Shown here: piece by piece, positions 1 through 9,494 of the stretch | Position numbering within the stretch: the first letter of the stretch is position 1 | How the letters are laid out: every line of letters begins with the position of its first letter | NCBI GenBank assembly: GCA_036794825.1 | Contig: DAIRGA010000015.1 | Span: 38,590 to 102,589 of the forward strand | Direction: 5' to 3' | DNA: 64,000 nt | Origin: Bacteroidales bacterium | GTDB taxonomy: Bacteria; Bacteroidota; Bacteroidia; Bacteroidales; 4484-276 | Made by a program: the position numbers and the translations under genes | The notes under the pieces: model-generated | The model's database searches: none | What the model saw: the letters and a program-made list of their open reading frames with translations, nothing else | What the model was told of the DNA's origin: nothing

Positions 1-1132
1 TACGGTGGCAGTTAAGACACCAACCCATCGAAAGATCTTCCACCTGGCGTACTATGTGCATTTCTTCGACTTGTCCATGACATTCGGCGCAATCCAGTCT
101 GCCGGTATTAACATGCTGGGCATGACTGAAGTAACTATGATTCGGAAGGTTGTGAATCCGAATCCATTGCACTGGCTCGTTGTGCTCGGCTGAGTAATGT
201 ATTTTGTTGATTTCGAACCGGCCAGAGTTTGTGCCATTCCTGATTACCGTATGACAGTTCAGGCAAACGTTGGTGGAGGGTATTCCGGCACTAAGGCTGT
301 GATCGGCAATATGATGGCAATAGCGACAATCAATTTCGTTTTCGCCGGCGTGGATTTTATGCGAAAATTTGATTGGCTGATCTGGTTCATATCCGGGAGT
401 ACGTCCGAGACTTTTCCCTTCAGCATAAGCAAATTGCATGTGCACACCCAAACCGACAAGTAACACTATGGCATGGATGAAATAGTATTTGATCTTTTTG
501 GTGATTAGCAGGTCAATAAGAGCAAGCAGCATCAGCAGGCCAAATCCCCAGAAAATGGCTGCCCTGATAGGATAAGCAGGCAATTCTCCCGGGCCATACA
601 CATCAATTTTGTGAAGGTAAGCCTCCAGGAATCTGGCTTCATCAGTGGTGATTGTCATGCCTTTGTGATCCTCCATCAAACGCAGGCTTGCTGGTAGGTT
701 CATCACATCCATCAGTTTGTAATTTTCATTCTTCGCCATCGCTTTTGCCAGTTCGTAAGCGGATGGATTCCAGTTGATCTCCTGCGTTGGTTTGATGTAA
801 TGACAGGAAGCGCAGTTGTGTGTACCACTCTCAAAGGGAATCAAACCCTGGAAGAGCCGGCTTCCTTTGCGATAATCGGTCTTGGAATAACTATGCGGAT
901 CGCCCGTAAAAGCAGCCACAGGCTGTGAAACGGCCGGAGCAGGTGTGGTTGCAACCTCCTCAGAAACTGGCGTTTGTACACCGAGACTGTCTGATTTAAC
1001 CTCCGTAGTGTCCTGTGCGTAAATCTTTTGCGAGAACAACAGGAAAAACAAACAGAATGTGCCTGCTGAAAAGATTATTACTCTTCGCCAATCTCTTATC
1101 ATTGTCGGCTTTGGTAAATGTTGCATGTTCAT
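1..1132 (-). CDS. actA: Alternative complex III multihaem cytochrome c subunit ActA (cytochrome c3 family). 5-prime part only; the gene continues past the left edge.
   Basis: Not in the ORF track because it has no stop in the window. I checked every codon of the minus frame from ATG 1132 (other ATGs at 1126 and 1102) to position 1 and found no stop. The translation starts MNMQHLPKPTMIRDWRRVIIFSAGTFCLFFLLF (TM segment). It has five CxxCH motifs (CASCH, CRYCH, CLNCH, CAECH, CLNCH) and the blocks KFSHKIHAGENEIDCRYCHH and EPVQWIRIHNLPNHSYFSHAQH, typical of Bacteroidota ActA. Confidence 0.75.
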   Translation of the reverse strand, partial: MNMQHLPKPTMIRDWRRVIIFSAGTFCLFFLLFSQKIYAQDTTEVKSDSLGVQTPVSEEVATTPAPAVSQPVAAFTGDPHSYSKTDYRKGSRLFQGLIPFESGTHNCASCHYIKPTQEINWNPSAYELAKAMAKNENYKLMDVMNLPASLRLMEDHKGMTITTDEARFLEAYLHKIDVYGPGELPAYPIRAAIFWGFGLLMLLALIDLLITKKIKYYFIHAIVLLVGLGVHMQFAYAEGKSLGRTPGYEPDQPIKFSHKIHAGENEIDCRYCHHIADHSLSAGIPSTNVCLNCHTVIRNGTNSGRFEINKIHYSAEHNEPVQWIRIHNLPNHSYFSHAQHVNTGRLDCAECHGQVEEMHIVRQVEDLSMGWCLNCHR

Positions 1133-1221
1133 TCAGGATTTCTTTTTTGAAAATATTATAATGTCTTAATGATTAAATGTATTACTTGCCGTGGTACCCG
1201 GGAGTAACCCTTGCATGGTTA

Positions 1222-1229
1222 CAAAATTA
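1222..1229 (-). promoter_or_regulatory. Candidate Bacteroidota -7 promoter box (TAATTTTG on the minus strand) for actA
   Basis: Plus strand reads caaaatta, so the minus strand reads TAATTTTG and fits TAnnTTTG. It lies 90 nt upstream of ATG 1132. Confidence 0.3.
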
Positions 1230-1533
1230 GGAAAAAACATTATCAATGGATGATTCTAAGTAATTCATATTCAGTCCAGATAACAAAATATTTGTTTTAC
1301 ATGGTTTCATCGCAATCTTACTGATAAAGTTCTTTGCCCGAATTTGCATCATTTCTGTTTTCCATACTCCGGTACTTAATTACCGCCTCAAAAGTATATC
1401 TTATAGACTTACATTTTTACCTGTTTTGTAATTTAGAAGACTTCTAAATTTCGCAGACCAATCTCAGTTAGCTCAGAATGGGGTAATTTTGAAAACAGAA
1501 ATTTGCATCAATATTCATTTAAAACTCAAAGTG

Positions 1534-1896
1534 ATGAAAAATCAACTATTTAACATTCTGTTAATTGCATTCGGAATTTTTCTGTTTGCTGCCTGTGGAG
1601 GCAACACCACAAAGGATCAAAATCAGACCGAAACCAGCGATGTCGAGGCTGGTCTTGAAATGAGTACGCAAACCGTGGAGTTGTCTGTAAAGGGTATGTC
1701 GTGCACAGGCTGCGAAACCGCCATTATAGCTGCATTGGAGAAAATTGATGGCGTTAAGGCGGTAAATGCCAATCACACCGAAGGTATTGCTTTGGTAAAA
1801 TTCGATACCACTATGGCTAACCTCGATCAGATCAAAAATGCGATCAGCGAAGCCGGTTACACTCCTGGAGATTATAAATTGGTTGAGGATGAATGA
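1534..1896 (+). CDS. Heavy-metal-associated (HMA) domain lipoprotein, copper-chaperone-like
   Basis: ATG at 1534 gives MKNQLFNILLIAFGIFLFAACGG (lipobox). The GMSCTGCETAI motif is an MxCxxC HMA motif. The track ORF start at 1489 is TTG. Confidence 0.7.
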   Translation: MKNQLFNILLIAFGIFLFAACGGNTTKDQNQTETSDVEAGLEMSTQTVELSVKGMSCTGCETAIIAALEKIDGVKAVNANHTEGIALVKFDTTMANLDQIKNAISEAGYTPGDYKLVEDE

Positions 1897-1920
1897 TTTA
1901 TAAATTAAATACTAAATGAA

Positions 1921-2367
1921 ATGAAAAAATTTGCCGTTCTCTCTTTGTTTGCGATTTTCCTGGTTTCATGTATTAATGTTGACCAGCCGCCAAAACATGC
2001 TGCCGAAGCAGCCGCTGCCAGCGACGGTGTGTTTCTGCATGTTTCCGGCAACGACCCGCATCGCGTTCTGATGGCACTTCGTATGGCCGAGCTGATGTCG
2101 AACGAGCACGACGTACTCATCTATTTTGATATCAATGGGATAGAGGTTGTATTGAAGGACTCGCCGGATATTACCTATGCGCAGTTTCCATCATCACATC
2201 TACAGATCAAAAAGTTAATCGAAGCCGGGGTGCTTTTACAAGCATGTCCCGCTTGCCTTGAGGCCGCCGGAAAATCGGCAGGAGACCTGATTGAAGGGGT
2301 TACCATTGCTGATAAGAAGGCCTTTTTCAATTTTACCGAAGGTCGTATCTTAACGCTTGATTATTAG
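1921..2367 (+). CDS. DsrE/DsrF-like family lipoprotein (function unknown)
   Basis: Signal peptide plus lipobox (FLVSC). The size and the ACPACLEAAG region resemble DsrE-like proteins. This assignment is from memory only. Confidence 0.45.
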   Translation: MKKFAVLSLFAIFLVSCINVDQPPKHAAEAAAASDGVFLHVSGNDPHRVLMALRMAELMSNEHDVLIYFDINGIEVVLKDSPDITYAQFPSSHLQIKKLIEAGVLLQACPACLEAAGKSAGDLIEGVTIADKKAFFNFTEGRILTLDY

Positions 2368-2381
2368 GATGATAATACTAA

Positions 2382-2621
2382 ATGATGAAAAATAGCAGGA
2401 ATTACCTGGTTCGGATTTTCACCTTTTACTATAGTGGCTTCAGGGAAATGCCGCTTTGGGGAAGGCAGTTGTGGCTCATCATCATACTCAAGCTTTTCAT
2501 TATGTTTGCGATTTTCAGGTTTTTCTTTTTTCCCGATTATTTACAATCCAATTTCAGCTCGGATGCCGAACGCAGCCAGCATGTGATCGAGCAACTGACC
2601 GGGCAAAACCAAACAAATTAA
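2382..2621 (+). CDS. DUF4492-like small membrane protein that usually precedes cydA in Bacteroidota
   Basis: 79-aa hydrophobic ORF that ends 5 nt before the cydA ATG. Position and size match the conserved Bacteroidota cyd operon layout. Confidence 0.6.
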   Translation: MMKNSRNYLVRIFTFYYSGFREMPLWGRQLWLIIILKLFIMFAIFRFFFFPDYLQSNFSSDAERSQHVIEQLTGQNQTN

Positions 2622-2626
2622 TTATC

Positions 2627-4210
2627 ATGGAAAATTTTGACATGTCAATGATCAACTGGTCGCGTGGTCAGTTTGCTATGTCGGCCATGTTTCACTGGAT
2701 ATTTGTGCCTCTTACCCTTGGTCTGATAATCCTTGTGGCCATCATGGAAACCATTTATGTGCGTACCGGTGATGAAAAATGGAAGAAACTGACCCAGTTC
2801 TGGGCAAAACTCTTTGGGATCAATTTTGCCATCGGTGTGGCTACAGGCATAATTCTCGAATTTCAGTTCGGAACCAATTGGTCCAATTACTCGTGGTTTG
2901 TGGGTGATATTTTTGGCGCCCCATTGGCCATCGAAGGCATAATGGCTTTCTTCCTCGAAGCTACATTTGTGGCAGTAATGTTTTTTGGCTGGAGCAAAGT
3001 GAGCAAAAGGTTTCATCTGGTATCAACATGGATGGTGGCAGTGGGTGCCAATCTATCGGCACTATGGATCCTGGTGGCTAACGCCTGGATGCAGTATCCT
3101 GTAGGAACAACTTTCAACCCGATGACAGCGCGCAACGAAATGACCGATTTCTGGGCTGTCCTGTTTTCACCGGTTGCCATCAACAAATTCCTGCACACGG
3201 TGGCTTCCGGCTATGTTTTATCGGCAGTGTTTGTAGTTGGGGTTTCTTCCTGGTTTTTGTTGAAAAAGAGAGACACGCTCTTTGCTAAAAGAAGCATTTT
3301 ACTGGCTTCGATTTTTGGCATAACGACCTCTGTCTTTCTGATTTGGTCTGGTGATGAATCTGCACGCCAGATGGCCGACAAGCAGCCGATGAAATTTGCA
3401 GCCATGGAAGCTCTCTGGGAAGGGCAGACCAATGCGCCGCTTATTGCCATTGGACTTTTACAGAAACCCGTTCCGCCCAAAACTTCAGGAAAGTACCAGG
3501 AGAAAGATTTTGCCGTGAAAATCGAAATTCCCAACATGCTCTCCTACATGGCTTTTCTTGATCCCAATGCCTATATTCCGGGGATTAAAGATCTTGTAAA
3601 CGGTTACACGGATCCCAATAGCGGCGTTGTGGAGATTTCCTACTATGAAAAAATGGAGCGTGGAAAGGAAGCCATAGCTGCGTTGAAAGGTTACAAGGAG
3701 GCTCTGCAGGCTGATGATACAGAATCTCTCCGGCTTTTTGCATCAAAATTTGAAGATCCTGTCTGGATGGAAGAAACCTTTAAATACTTCGGGTACGGAT
3801 ATTACACCGAAAAAACCGTTGCCGGGCTGGTTCCCAATGTGCCGGTCGCATTTTATTCATTCCACATCATGGTTGCGCTGTCCGGCCATTTTCTGGCGCT
3901 TTTCATTGTTATGCTCATTTTTACCTTGAAAAACAAAATTGACCGGATGCGGTGGCTGCACCATGTTGCTATTTGGACAATCCCACTGGCATACCTGGCG
4001 GGTCAGTTGGGTTGGGTTGTTGCCGAAATGGGACGTCAGCCCTGGGTGATCCAGGATCTGATGCCGGCCATTGCAGCAGTTTCCCGAATTGATGCCGGAA
4101 GCGTGCAGCTTACTTTCTGGCTTTTTGCCGTCACCTTCTCTGTATTGCTTATAGCAGAGATCAGGATTTTACTTTCACAAATCAAAAAAGGCGTAACAGG
4201 AGGACACTAA
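2627..4210 (+). CDS. cydA: Cytochrome bd ubiquinol/menaquinol oxidase subunit I
   Basis: MENFDMSMINWSRGQFAMSAMFHWIFVPLTLGL, GAPLAIEGIMAFFLEATF and GRQPWVIQDLM blocks are typical of CydA. The longer track ORF (2456) overlaps the DUF4492 ORF and is an upstream extension. Confidence 0.93.
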   Translation: MENFDMSMINWSRGQFAMSAMFHWIFVPLTLGLIILVAIMETIYVRTGDEKWKKLTQFWAKLFGINFAIGVATGIILEFQFGTNWSNYSWFVGDIFGAPLAIEGIMAFFLEATFVAVMFFGWSKVSKRFHLVSTWMVAVGANLSALWILVANAWMQYPVGTTFNPMTARNEMTDFWAVLFSPVAINKFLHTVASGYVLSAVFVVGVSSWFLLKKRDTLFAKRSILLASIFGITTSVFLIWSGDESARQMADKQPMKFAAMEALWEGQTNAPLIAIGLLQKPVPPKTSGKYQEKDFAVKIEIPNMLSYMAFLDPNAYIPGIKDLVNGYTDPNSGVVEISYYEKMERGKEAIAALKGYKEALQADDTESLRLFASKFEDPVWMEETFKYFGYGYYTEKTVAGLVPNVPVAFYSFHIMVALSGHFLALFIVMLIFTLKNKIDRMRWLHHVAIWTIPLAYLAGQLGWVVAEMGRQPWVIQDLMPAIAAVSRIDAGSVQLTFWLFAVTFSVLLIAEIRILLSQIKKGVTGGH

Positions 4211-4211
4211 C

Positions 4212-5396
4212 ATGTTTGAATCATTATCACATCTCGCATTGCAGCAATACTGGTGGATTATCGTTTCGCTGCTCGCCAGCCTGCTCGTTTTTCTTTTTTT
4301 CGTGCAGGGAGGGCAAACGCTGATATTCACATTAGCAAAAAATGAACTTGAACGAAAAATGCTCGTCAATTCCCTGGGGCGGAAATGGGAATTTACTTTT
4401 ACCACCCTGGTAACTTTTGGCGGCGCTTTTTTTGCATCATTTCCACTCTTTTACAGTACCAGCTTCGGCGGAGCTTACTGGGTCTGGATGATAATTCTGT
4501 TTGCTTTTGTCATTCAGGCAGTAGCCTATGAGTTTCGTACAAAACCGGGTAATTTCCTCGGTCAAAGGACTTACGAGGTTTTTCTGATAATCAATGGCGC
4601 TCTGGGAACGATTCTGATTGGCGCCGCCGTTGGAACATTTTTTACCGGTTCCGCATTTTCGGTAGATAAACTCAATCTCACCAACATTTTATCCGGCGGT
4701 TCCACCACTATTTCTTCATGGCAGGGGCCTGCGTATGGCCTCGAGGCAGCGCTCAATATCCAGAACCTCTCGCTGGGACTGGCTGTTTTCTTTCTCTCCA
4801 GGATACTTGGTATTCTCTATTTTATGAACAGTATTCATGACGAGAATATCTTTAAAAGATCGAAAAAGCACCTGCTGATCAACACAATACCTTTCCTGAT
4901 CTTTTTTCTGCTTTTCGTTGGTTTGCTCCTTACCAGCTCAGGTTTTGCCGTAATTCCTGACGCTTCACGTGTGGCGATGCTCTGGAAAATTGAAATGGAA
5001 CCATATAAATACCTCCACAACCTGCTTGAGATGCCGCTGGTGCTGGTAATGTTTCTTCTGGGGGTTGTTTTGGTATTGTTAGGAATAGGCGCCTCTCTGG
5101 TCAAAAGCGAATGCACAAGGGGCATCTGGCCTGCTGGTGCAGGAACGGTACTTACCGTCTTTTCGCTACTGATGCTGGCTGGTTTGAATAACACCGCCTA
5201 CTATCCTTCAACATACGATCTGCAAAGTTCGCTTACCATCATGAACAGTTCTTCCAGCAAATTTACACTCACAGCGATGAGCTATGTGTCGCTGCTGGTG
5301 CCATTTGTTGCAGCCTACATCGTGTATGCGTGGCGCTCACTCAACAAAAAGAAAATTGATGCTGCCGAAATGCAATCCGGCGATCATGCTTATTAA
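4212..5396 (+). CDS. cydB: Cytochrome bd oxidase subunit II
   Basis: Starts 1 nt after the cydA stop. 394-aa polytopic membrane protein with a CydB-like N-terminus (LQQYWWIIVSLL). Confidence 0.9.
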   Translation: MFESLSHLALQQYWWIIVSLLASLLVFLFFVQGGQTLIFTLAKNELERKMLVNSLGRKWEFTFTTLVTFGGAFFASFPLFYSTSFGGAYWVWMIILFAFVIQAVAYEFRTKPGNFLGQRTYEVFLIINGALGTILIGAAVGTFFTGSAFSVDKLNLTNILSGGSTTISSWQGPAYGLEAALNIQNLSLGLAVFFLSRILGILYFMNSIHDENIFKRSKKHLLINTIPFLIFFLLFVGLLLTSSGFAVIPDASRVAMLWKIEMEPYKYLHNLLEMPLVLVMFLLGVVLVLLGIGASLVKSECTRGIWPAGAGTVLTVFSLLMLAGLNNTAYYPSTYDLQSSLTIMNSSSSKFTLTAMSYVSLLVPFVAAYIVYAWRSLNKKKIDAAEMQSGDHAY

Positions 5397-5410
5397 TCAC
5401 TCAAAATCAA

Positions 5411-5539
5411 ATGATTATGTACTGGAAAGAAATTCTGCATTTTCTGAGCCTGCCTGTCCTGATTTACATAACCTACCGGATAATCCTGATCTACACGAAA
5501 AAACTCGACAAGAAACTTTCTGCGGAAGGAGAAGAATAA
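5411..5539 (+). CDS. Unlisted 42-codon single-TM ORF downstream of cydB; candidate CydX-like small subunit
   Basis: My translation is MIMYWKEILHFLSLPVLIYITYRIILIYTKKLDKKLSAEGEE followed by TAA. It starts 14 nt after the cydB stop, has one hydrophobic helix and a charged tail, and is below the ORF-track size cutoff. Confidence 0.4.
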   Translation: MIMYWKEILHFLSLPVLIYITYRIILIYTKKLDKKLSAEGEE

Positions 5540-5794
5540 CAAAACCATCATTTGGAAAATTGCCTAGATATGACTTACTCATGATGTACTTGAATAGCCA
5601 AATTCAAAACTCAACTGTTGAATGATTTTTGAGTCTCCAATTTATACATCGAAACCAGCAAGATCACGCAGCATTCGATCTGTTTGAGCTGAGGGATTTT
5701 GAGTTACTGGCGAGGCAGGTGAAGGATGGGTTTTATAATTTTGACCGATAAATGGAACATTTTCAATATCATACATTAACATTTTCAGAAGCTT

Positions 5795-5802
5795 TACTTT
5801 TG
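5795..5802 (+). promoter_or_regulatory. Candidate -7 box TACTTTTG
   Basis: Fits TAnnTTTG. Its end lies 24 nt before ATG 5826. Confidence 0.4.
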
Positions 5803-5825
5803 TCAAAACAAATTAATCATTAAAA

Positions 5826-8800
5826 ATGAAAAGATTTTACTTCCTGATTATCATCGCTTTAATTACTTTGGTGAAATCAAACTATGCACAAAACTACCAG
5901 ACGCTCACCGATGAAGATTTTGCCCGTCATCCTTATTGGATTGAAATGATGGCCGATGAATCGGTAAATTTTTACGACGTTCAAAATGCTTTTGAGCTAT
6001 ACTGGAAAGGCCGTGAGATCACAAAAGGATCTGGCTGGAAACCCTTTAAGCGTTGGGAATACCTGATGATGTCACGGATTAATTCCGATGGCACACGACT
6101 ACCAGCCGATCTTAACTGGAACGAATATTACGCATACAAAGCCAAAAATCCCGAAAACCGGTATTATGCCGGAAACTGGACTAACCTGGGGCCTTTTCAG
6201 ATTCCGGGAAGCAAAGGATATAACGGACTTGGCCGCGTTAATGCAATCGCATTTCACCCAACCGACCCAGCTACCATTTATGTTGGCGCACCGGCAGGGG
6301 GCTTGTGGGTTTCGCACGACAGCGGCGCAAACTGGTATACTGAAACGGATGTGCTCCCAACGCTTGGTGTTTCCGCTATTCTGAACGATTACACCAACCC
6401 GTCGGTGATGTACATCGGAACCGGTGACCGCGATGCAGGGGATGCCCCGGGAGTCGGTGTCATGAAAAGTTTTGACGGTGGATTTAACTGGGAATTAGCC
6501 AACAATGGCATGGGCAACCGCAAAGTTGGCAGAATGATAATGCATCCGCAGAATAACCTGGTTATCCTTGCCGCAACTAATGCCGGTGTTTATAAAACCA
6601 TAGATGGCGGGCAGTCCTGGCAAATCAGACAATCAGGAGATTTCAGAGAAATTGTTTTTAAAACTGATAACCCCGATATCATCTATGCATCGGCAAGTGG
6701 ACGGTTTTATCGTTCACCTGACGGTGGTGAAACGTTTCAACTTATTACGGAAGGTTTACCGGTTGGTTCAAGGGGGGTGATCGGTGTAACTCCGGCCAGT
6801 CCTGATATGGTTTATTTTCTCCTGACAACTGACGATGCCTATAAAGGTATCTATCAGTCACTTGATGCCGGGTTGAATTTTAGCGTTCGTTCTACTACTC
6901 CCAACATAATGAGCTGGGGTTGCAATGGCGGCGACGGTGGCCAAGCCTGGTACGATCTCGATATTGCTGTTGATCCGCTTAACGAAAATGTGATTTTTGC
7001 CGGTGGAGTAAATTGCTTTAAATCAAGCGATGGTGGAGTAACATGGCAGATCAGTTCGCATTGGTGGGGCGATTGCGGTGTTCCAGCAGTTCATGCCGAT
7101 CTGCACGTTCTTGAATATAGCCCACACAACGGAAAACTTTATGCCGGCAACGATGGTGGCATATATTGGACAGCTGATGGCGGAACCAACTGGACGGAAA
7201 TTTCTGACGGTTTGGCTATCAGCCAGGCTTACAAAATCGGCCAGAGCGCTACGATGAAAGACAAGGTAATCAATGGTTACCAGGATAACGGAACCGCAAC
7301 TTACACCGGCTCCCCCAACTGGATACCAACCATTGGCGGAGATGGAATGGAATGTGCAGTGGATCACCAAAATCATCTCTATAGCTATGGCACTTTGTAT
7401 TTCGGAGATATTTTCAGAATGGTTAATAATGTAAACGCCGTTAAAGTGGCTGGTATTAACTCTTTTGGCATAACCGAAGATGGCGCATGGGTAACACCTT
7501 TCCTTTTGCACAAAGGGGATGCAACAAAAATGTTTGTAGGATACAAAAACATCTGGCGGGGCAGTAATATCCGAACCAACAATCCGACCTGGCAAAAGAT
7601 TTCGAATAACCTGGGCGGTGGTAACAATGTGAACATGCGGGAACTGGAGCAATCGCACGTCAATTACGAAATTCTTTATGCTGCCAGAGAAGACCGGAAA
7701 CTGTTCCGCACCGACAACGCAAACAAACAAAACCCTGCCTGGACTGACCTGTCTACCTTTTTGCCCGAGAACACGCTAATCAACGACCTCGAAGCTCATC
7801 CCTCCGACGAAAACATCGTTTACATGGCCATGGGCACAAAAGTTTACCGATCGCCCGACAAGGGCAGATCATGGGTCAACATTACCGGCTCGCTGCCCGG
7901 AGTATCGGTGAATAACCTCGCTTACCATAAAAACAGTCATGAAGGACTCTACGCGGGTACCGACATCGGAATTTTTTACCGCGATATCTTCCTCGGCGAC
8001 TGGATTTTGTTTAGTGGTGGCTTTCCAGCAAGCGGTCGGGTAACTGAGGTGGAAATCTACCATGACCCCGTGAATCCCGTAAATGACATGATCCGCGCCG
8101 GAACTTATGGCCGGGGATTGTGGGAATCAGACATGTTTTATGATACTCCGGTTGCAGATTTAATTGCAGATCAGATGGTTATCCCCCCGTTTTGTGCTGT
8201 TAGCTTTACTGATTTATCTTCAGGGGTACCAACCTCATGGAGCTGGGAGTTTGAAGGTGGAAATCCTTCCACTTCAAACCAGAAAAATCCCTCAGGAATA
8301 ACTTATTCTAATCCAGGTGTATACAAAGTGACGCTTACTGTTACCAACAAAGCCGGTTCTGACCAGATTGTCAAAGAGGATTTCATCACCGTAAACGACC
8401 AGCTGATGCCGGTTGCGGATTTCTCAGTAAGTCACAATGCATTCTGTTCCAATGCAGTCGTTTATCTTTCTAATGAATCAACCTATTGCCCAACAACCTA
8501 TCTTTGGAGTTTTTCGCCGAACAATGTAGTCTATATCGAAGGCACATCTTCATCCAGTCCGGAGCCTGTTGTAATGTTTTCTGAAACAGGTAATTACACA
8601 GTTTCGCTCTCGGTTCAGAACTCCAACGGCACCTCTTCAGTCACCAAAGAGAATTACATTCAGTACGGCGGACAAATGATGCCATTTATGGAATCATTTG
8701 AAGAAGGCCTCGATTCCAGAGGTTGGACAATCGAAAACCCTGACAACCGTAAAACATGGCAGATTATATCACCCGTTTATACTCCCGACGGACAAAATGC

Positions 8801-9494
8801 TGCCATGATGAATCATTTTGATTACTACTTCATGTTTGAGCGCGATAGGTTGATTTCACCTCCCATCAACCTCAAAGGAGTTACTGAGGTTGTTCTGAAT
8901 TTCAAATATGCCTATGCTCAGAGGTTCCAACAGACTGACTCGCTGCTGGTTAAGATTTCAGGCAACTGTGGTAATACATGGCAAACCATTTATGCGAACG
9001 GTCCAAATGGGAGCGGAGGATTTGAAACATCCCCGCCTACCGCCGCATATTTCAATCCAGCATCTGCTGAGGATTGGTGCGGACAGGGTTATGGAGCAGA
9101 ATGCGTAAGCCTTGACATATCATCCTACTGCAACCAGCCGGACGTCAGATTGCTGTTCGAAGCCTTTAACCGGATCGGGAATAATCTTTATCTTGACGAT
9201 ATTTCGATTGAGATTCTTACTTCTGTTGCAGATGAATCAAGACATGATAACGCTTTCAGTATTTTCCCGAATCCTGCTGCCAACGAGGTGAGTCTGAGGT
9301 TTTCTGAGTCCCAAAAGGAAGTCACTGTTTCCCTCTTCAACCCCGCTGGTGTAAAGCTTTTAACCGAAGTTTATAAAGGCTTACAATCGGGTGAGTCAGT
9401 TGCTTTGCCAATTAAAGGTCTGAATCCGGGAGCTTACTTTGTTAAAGTAACCGGTACGTTATTTTCATCATCCAAATTGTTGATTGTGAGATAA
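5826..9494 (+). CDS. Secreted multi-domain protein: Asp-box (BNR/sortilin-type) beta-propeller repeats, two PKD-like domains, a MAM/anchor-J-like domain and a T9SS C-terminal sorting domain
   Basis: Has a signal peptide. At least 8 SxDxGxxW/F Asp-boxes are visible (SHDSGANWY, SFDGGFNWE, TIDGGQSWQ, SPDGGETFQ, SSDGGVTWQ, TADGGTNWT, SPDKGRSWV and others). A PKD-like block reads GVYKVTLTVTNKAGSD. The C-terminus FSIFPNPAANEVSLRF...GAYFVKV...LLIVR is a T9SS CTD. Confidence 0.8.
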   Translation: MKRFYFLIIIALITLVKSNYAQNYQTLTDEDFARHPYWIEMMADESVNFYDVQNAFELYWKGREITKGSGWKPFKRWEYLMMSRINSDGTRLPADLNWNEYYAYKAKNPENRYYAGNWTNLGPFQIPGSKGYNGLGRVNAIAFHPTDPATIYVGAPAGGLWVSHDSGANWYTETDVLPTLGVSAILNDYTNPSVMYIGTGDRDAGDAPGVGVMKSFDGGFNWELANNGMGNRKVGRMIMHPQNNLVILAATNAGVYKTIDGGQSWQIRQSGDFREIVFKTDNPDIIYASASGRFYRSPDGGETFQLITEGLPVGSRGVIGVTPASPDMVYFLLTTDDAYKGIYQSLDAGLNFSVRSTTPNIMSWGCNGGDGGQAWYDLDIAVDPLNENVIFAGGVNCFKSSDGGVTWQISSHWWGDCGVPAVHADLHVLEYSPHNGKLYAGNDGGIYWTADGGTNWTEISDGLAISQAYKIGQSATMKDKVINGYQDNGTATYTGSPNWIPTIGGDGMECAVDHQNHLYSYGTLYFGDIFRMVNNVNAVKVAGINSFGITEDGAWVTPFLLHKGDATKMFVGYKNIWRGSNIRTNNPTWQKISNNLGGGNNVNMRELEQSHVNYEILYAAREDRKLFRTDNANKQNPAWTDLSTFLPENTLINDLEAHPSDENIVYMAMGTKVYRSPDKGRSWVNITGSLPGVSVNNLAYHKNSHEGLYAGTDIGIFYRDIFLGDWILFSGGFPASGRVTEVEIYHDPVNPVNDMIRAGTYGRGLWESDMFYDTPVADLIADQMVIPPFCAVSFTDLSSGVPTSWSWEFEGGNPSTSNQKNPSGITYSNPGVYKVTLTVTNKAGSDQIVKEDFITVNDQLMPVADFSVSHNAFCSNAVVYLSNESTYCPTTYLWSFSPNNVVYIEGTSSSSPEPVVMFSETGNYTVSLSVQNSNGTSSVTKENYIQYGGQMMPFMESFEEGLDSRGWTIENPDNRKTWQIISPVYTPDGQNAAMMNHFDYYFMFERDRLISPPINLKGVTEVVLNFKYAYAQRFQQTDSLLVKISGNCGNTWQTIYANGPNGSGGFETSPPTAAYFNPASAEDWCGQGYGAECVSLDISSYCNQPDVRLLFEAFNRIGNNLYLDDISIEILTSVADESRHDNAFSIFPNPAANEVSLRFSESQKEVTVSLFNPAGVKLLTEVYKGLQSGESVALPIKGLNPGAYFVKVTGTLFSSSKLLIVR

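Noticed and set aside
2456-2626. N-terminal extensions offered by the ORF track for cydA (2456). The same applies to pfp (32737), ccoI (51772, GTG), ccoS (58882, GTG), aroK (24549), the SDR protein (42529), the lipoprotein (48394), galK (49682, TTG) and the HMA protein (1489, TTG).
   Set aside because: The extensions overlap upstream genes or contain the predicted promoter box. They lack homology-like sequence. In each case an internal ATG follows that begins the conserved N-terminus or signal peptide.
5284-5625. 113-aa ORF overlapping the 3-prime end of cydB.
   Set aside because: It is out of frame with cydB for 113 nt and has no membrane or domain features. The 42-codon ORF at 5411 in another frame is the more plausible coding unit.
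5600-5735. Weak resemblances to the short-period families downstream of the cyd operon (caaattcaaaactcaac, catcgaa, ggtgaaggatgggt). Similar weak cases lie at 9641-9685 (gtgaatgtgaat...) and 45846-45873 (CAAA-rich).
   Set aside because: Each has only one or two units, with irregular spacing (5-14 nt). This is indistinguishable from chance in AT-rich spacers without a statistical scan.
7023-7730. 235-aa minus-strand ORF inside the first T9SS cargo gene. Similar long antisense ORFs lie at 33130-33726, 35781-36287, 60749-61282, 41135-41626, 14534-14980 and 15326-15838.
   Set aside because: All lie wholly inside well-supported genes on the other strand. Several are in the codon-aligned antisense register, where stops require sense TTA/CTA/TCA. 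Their translations are low-information with no recognisable motifs. I treat them as shadow ORFs.
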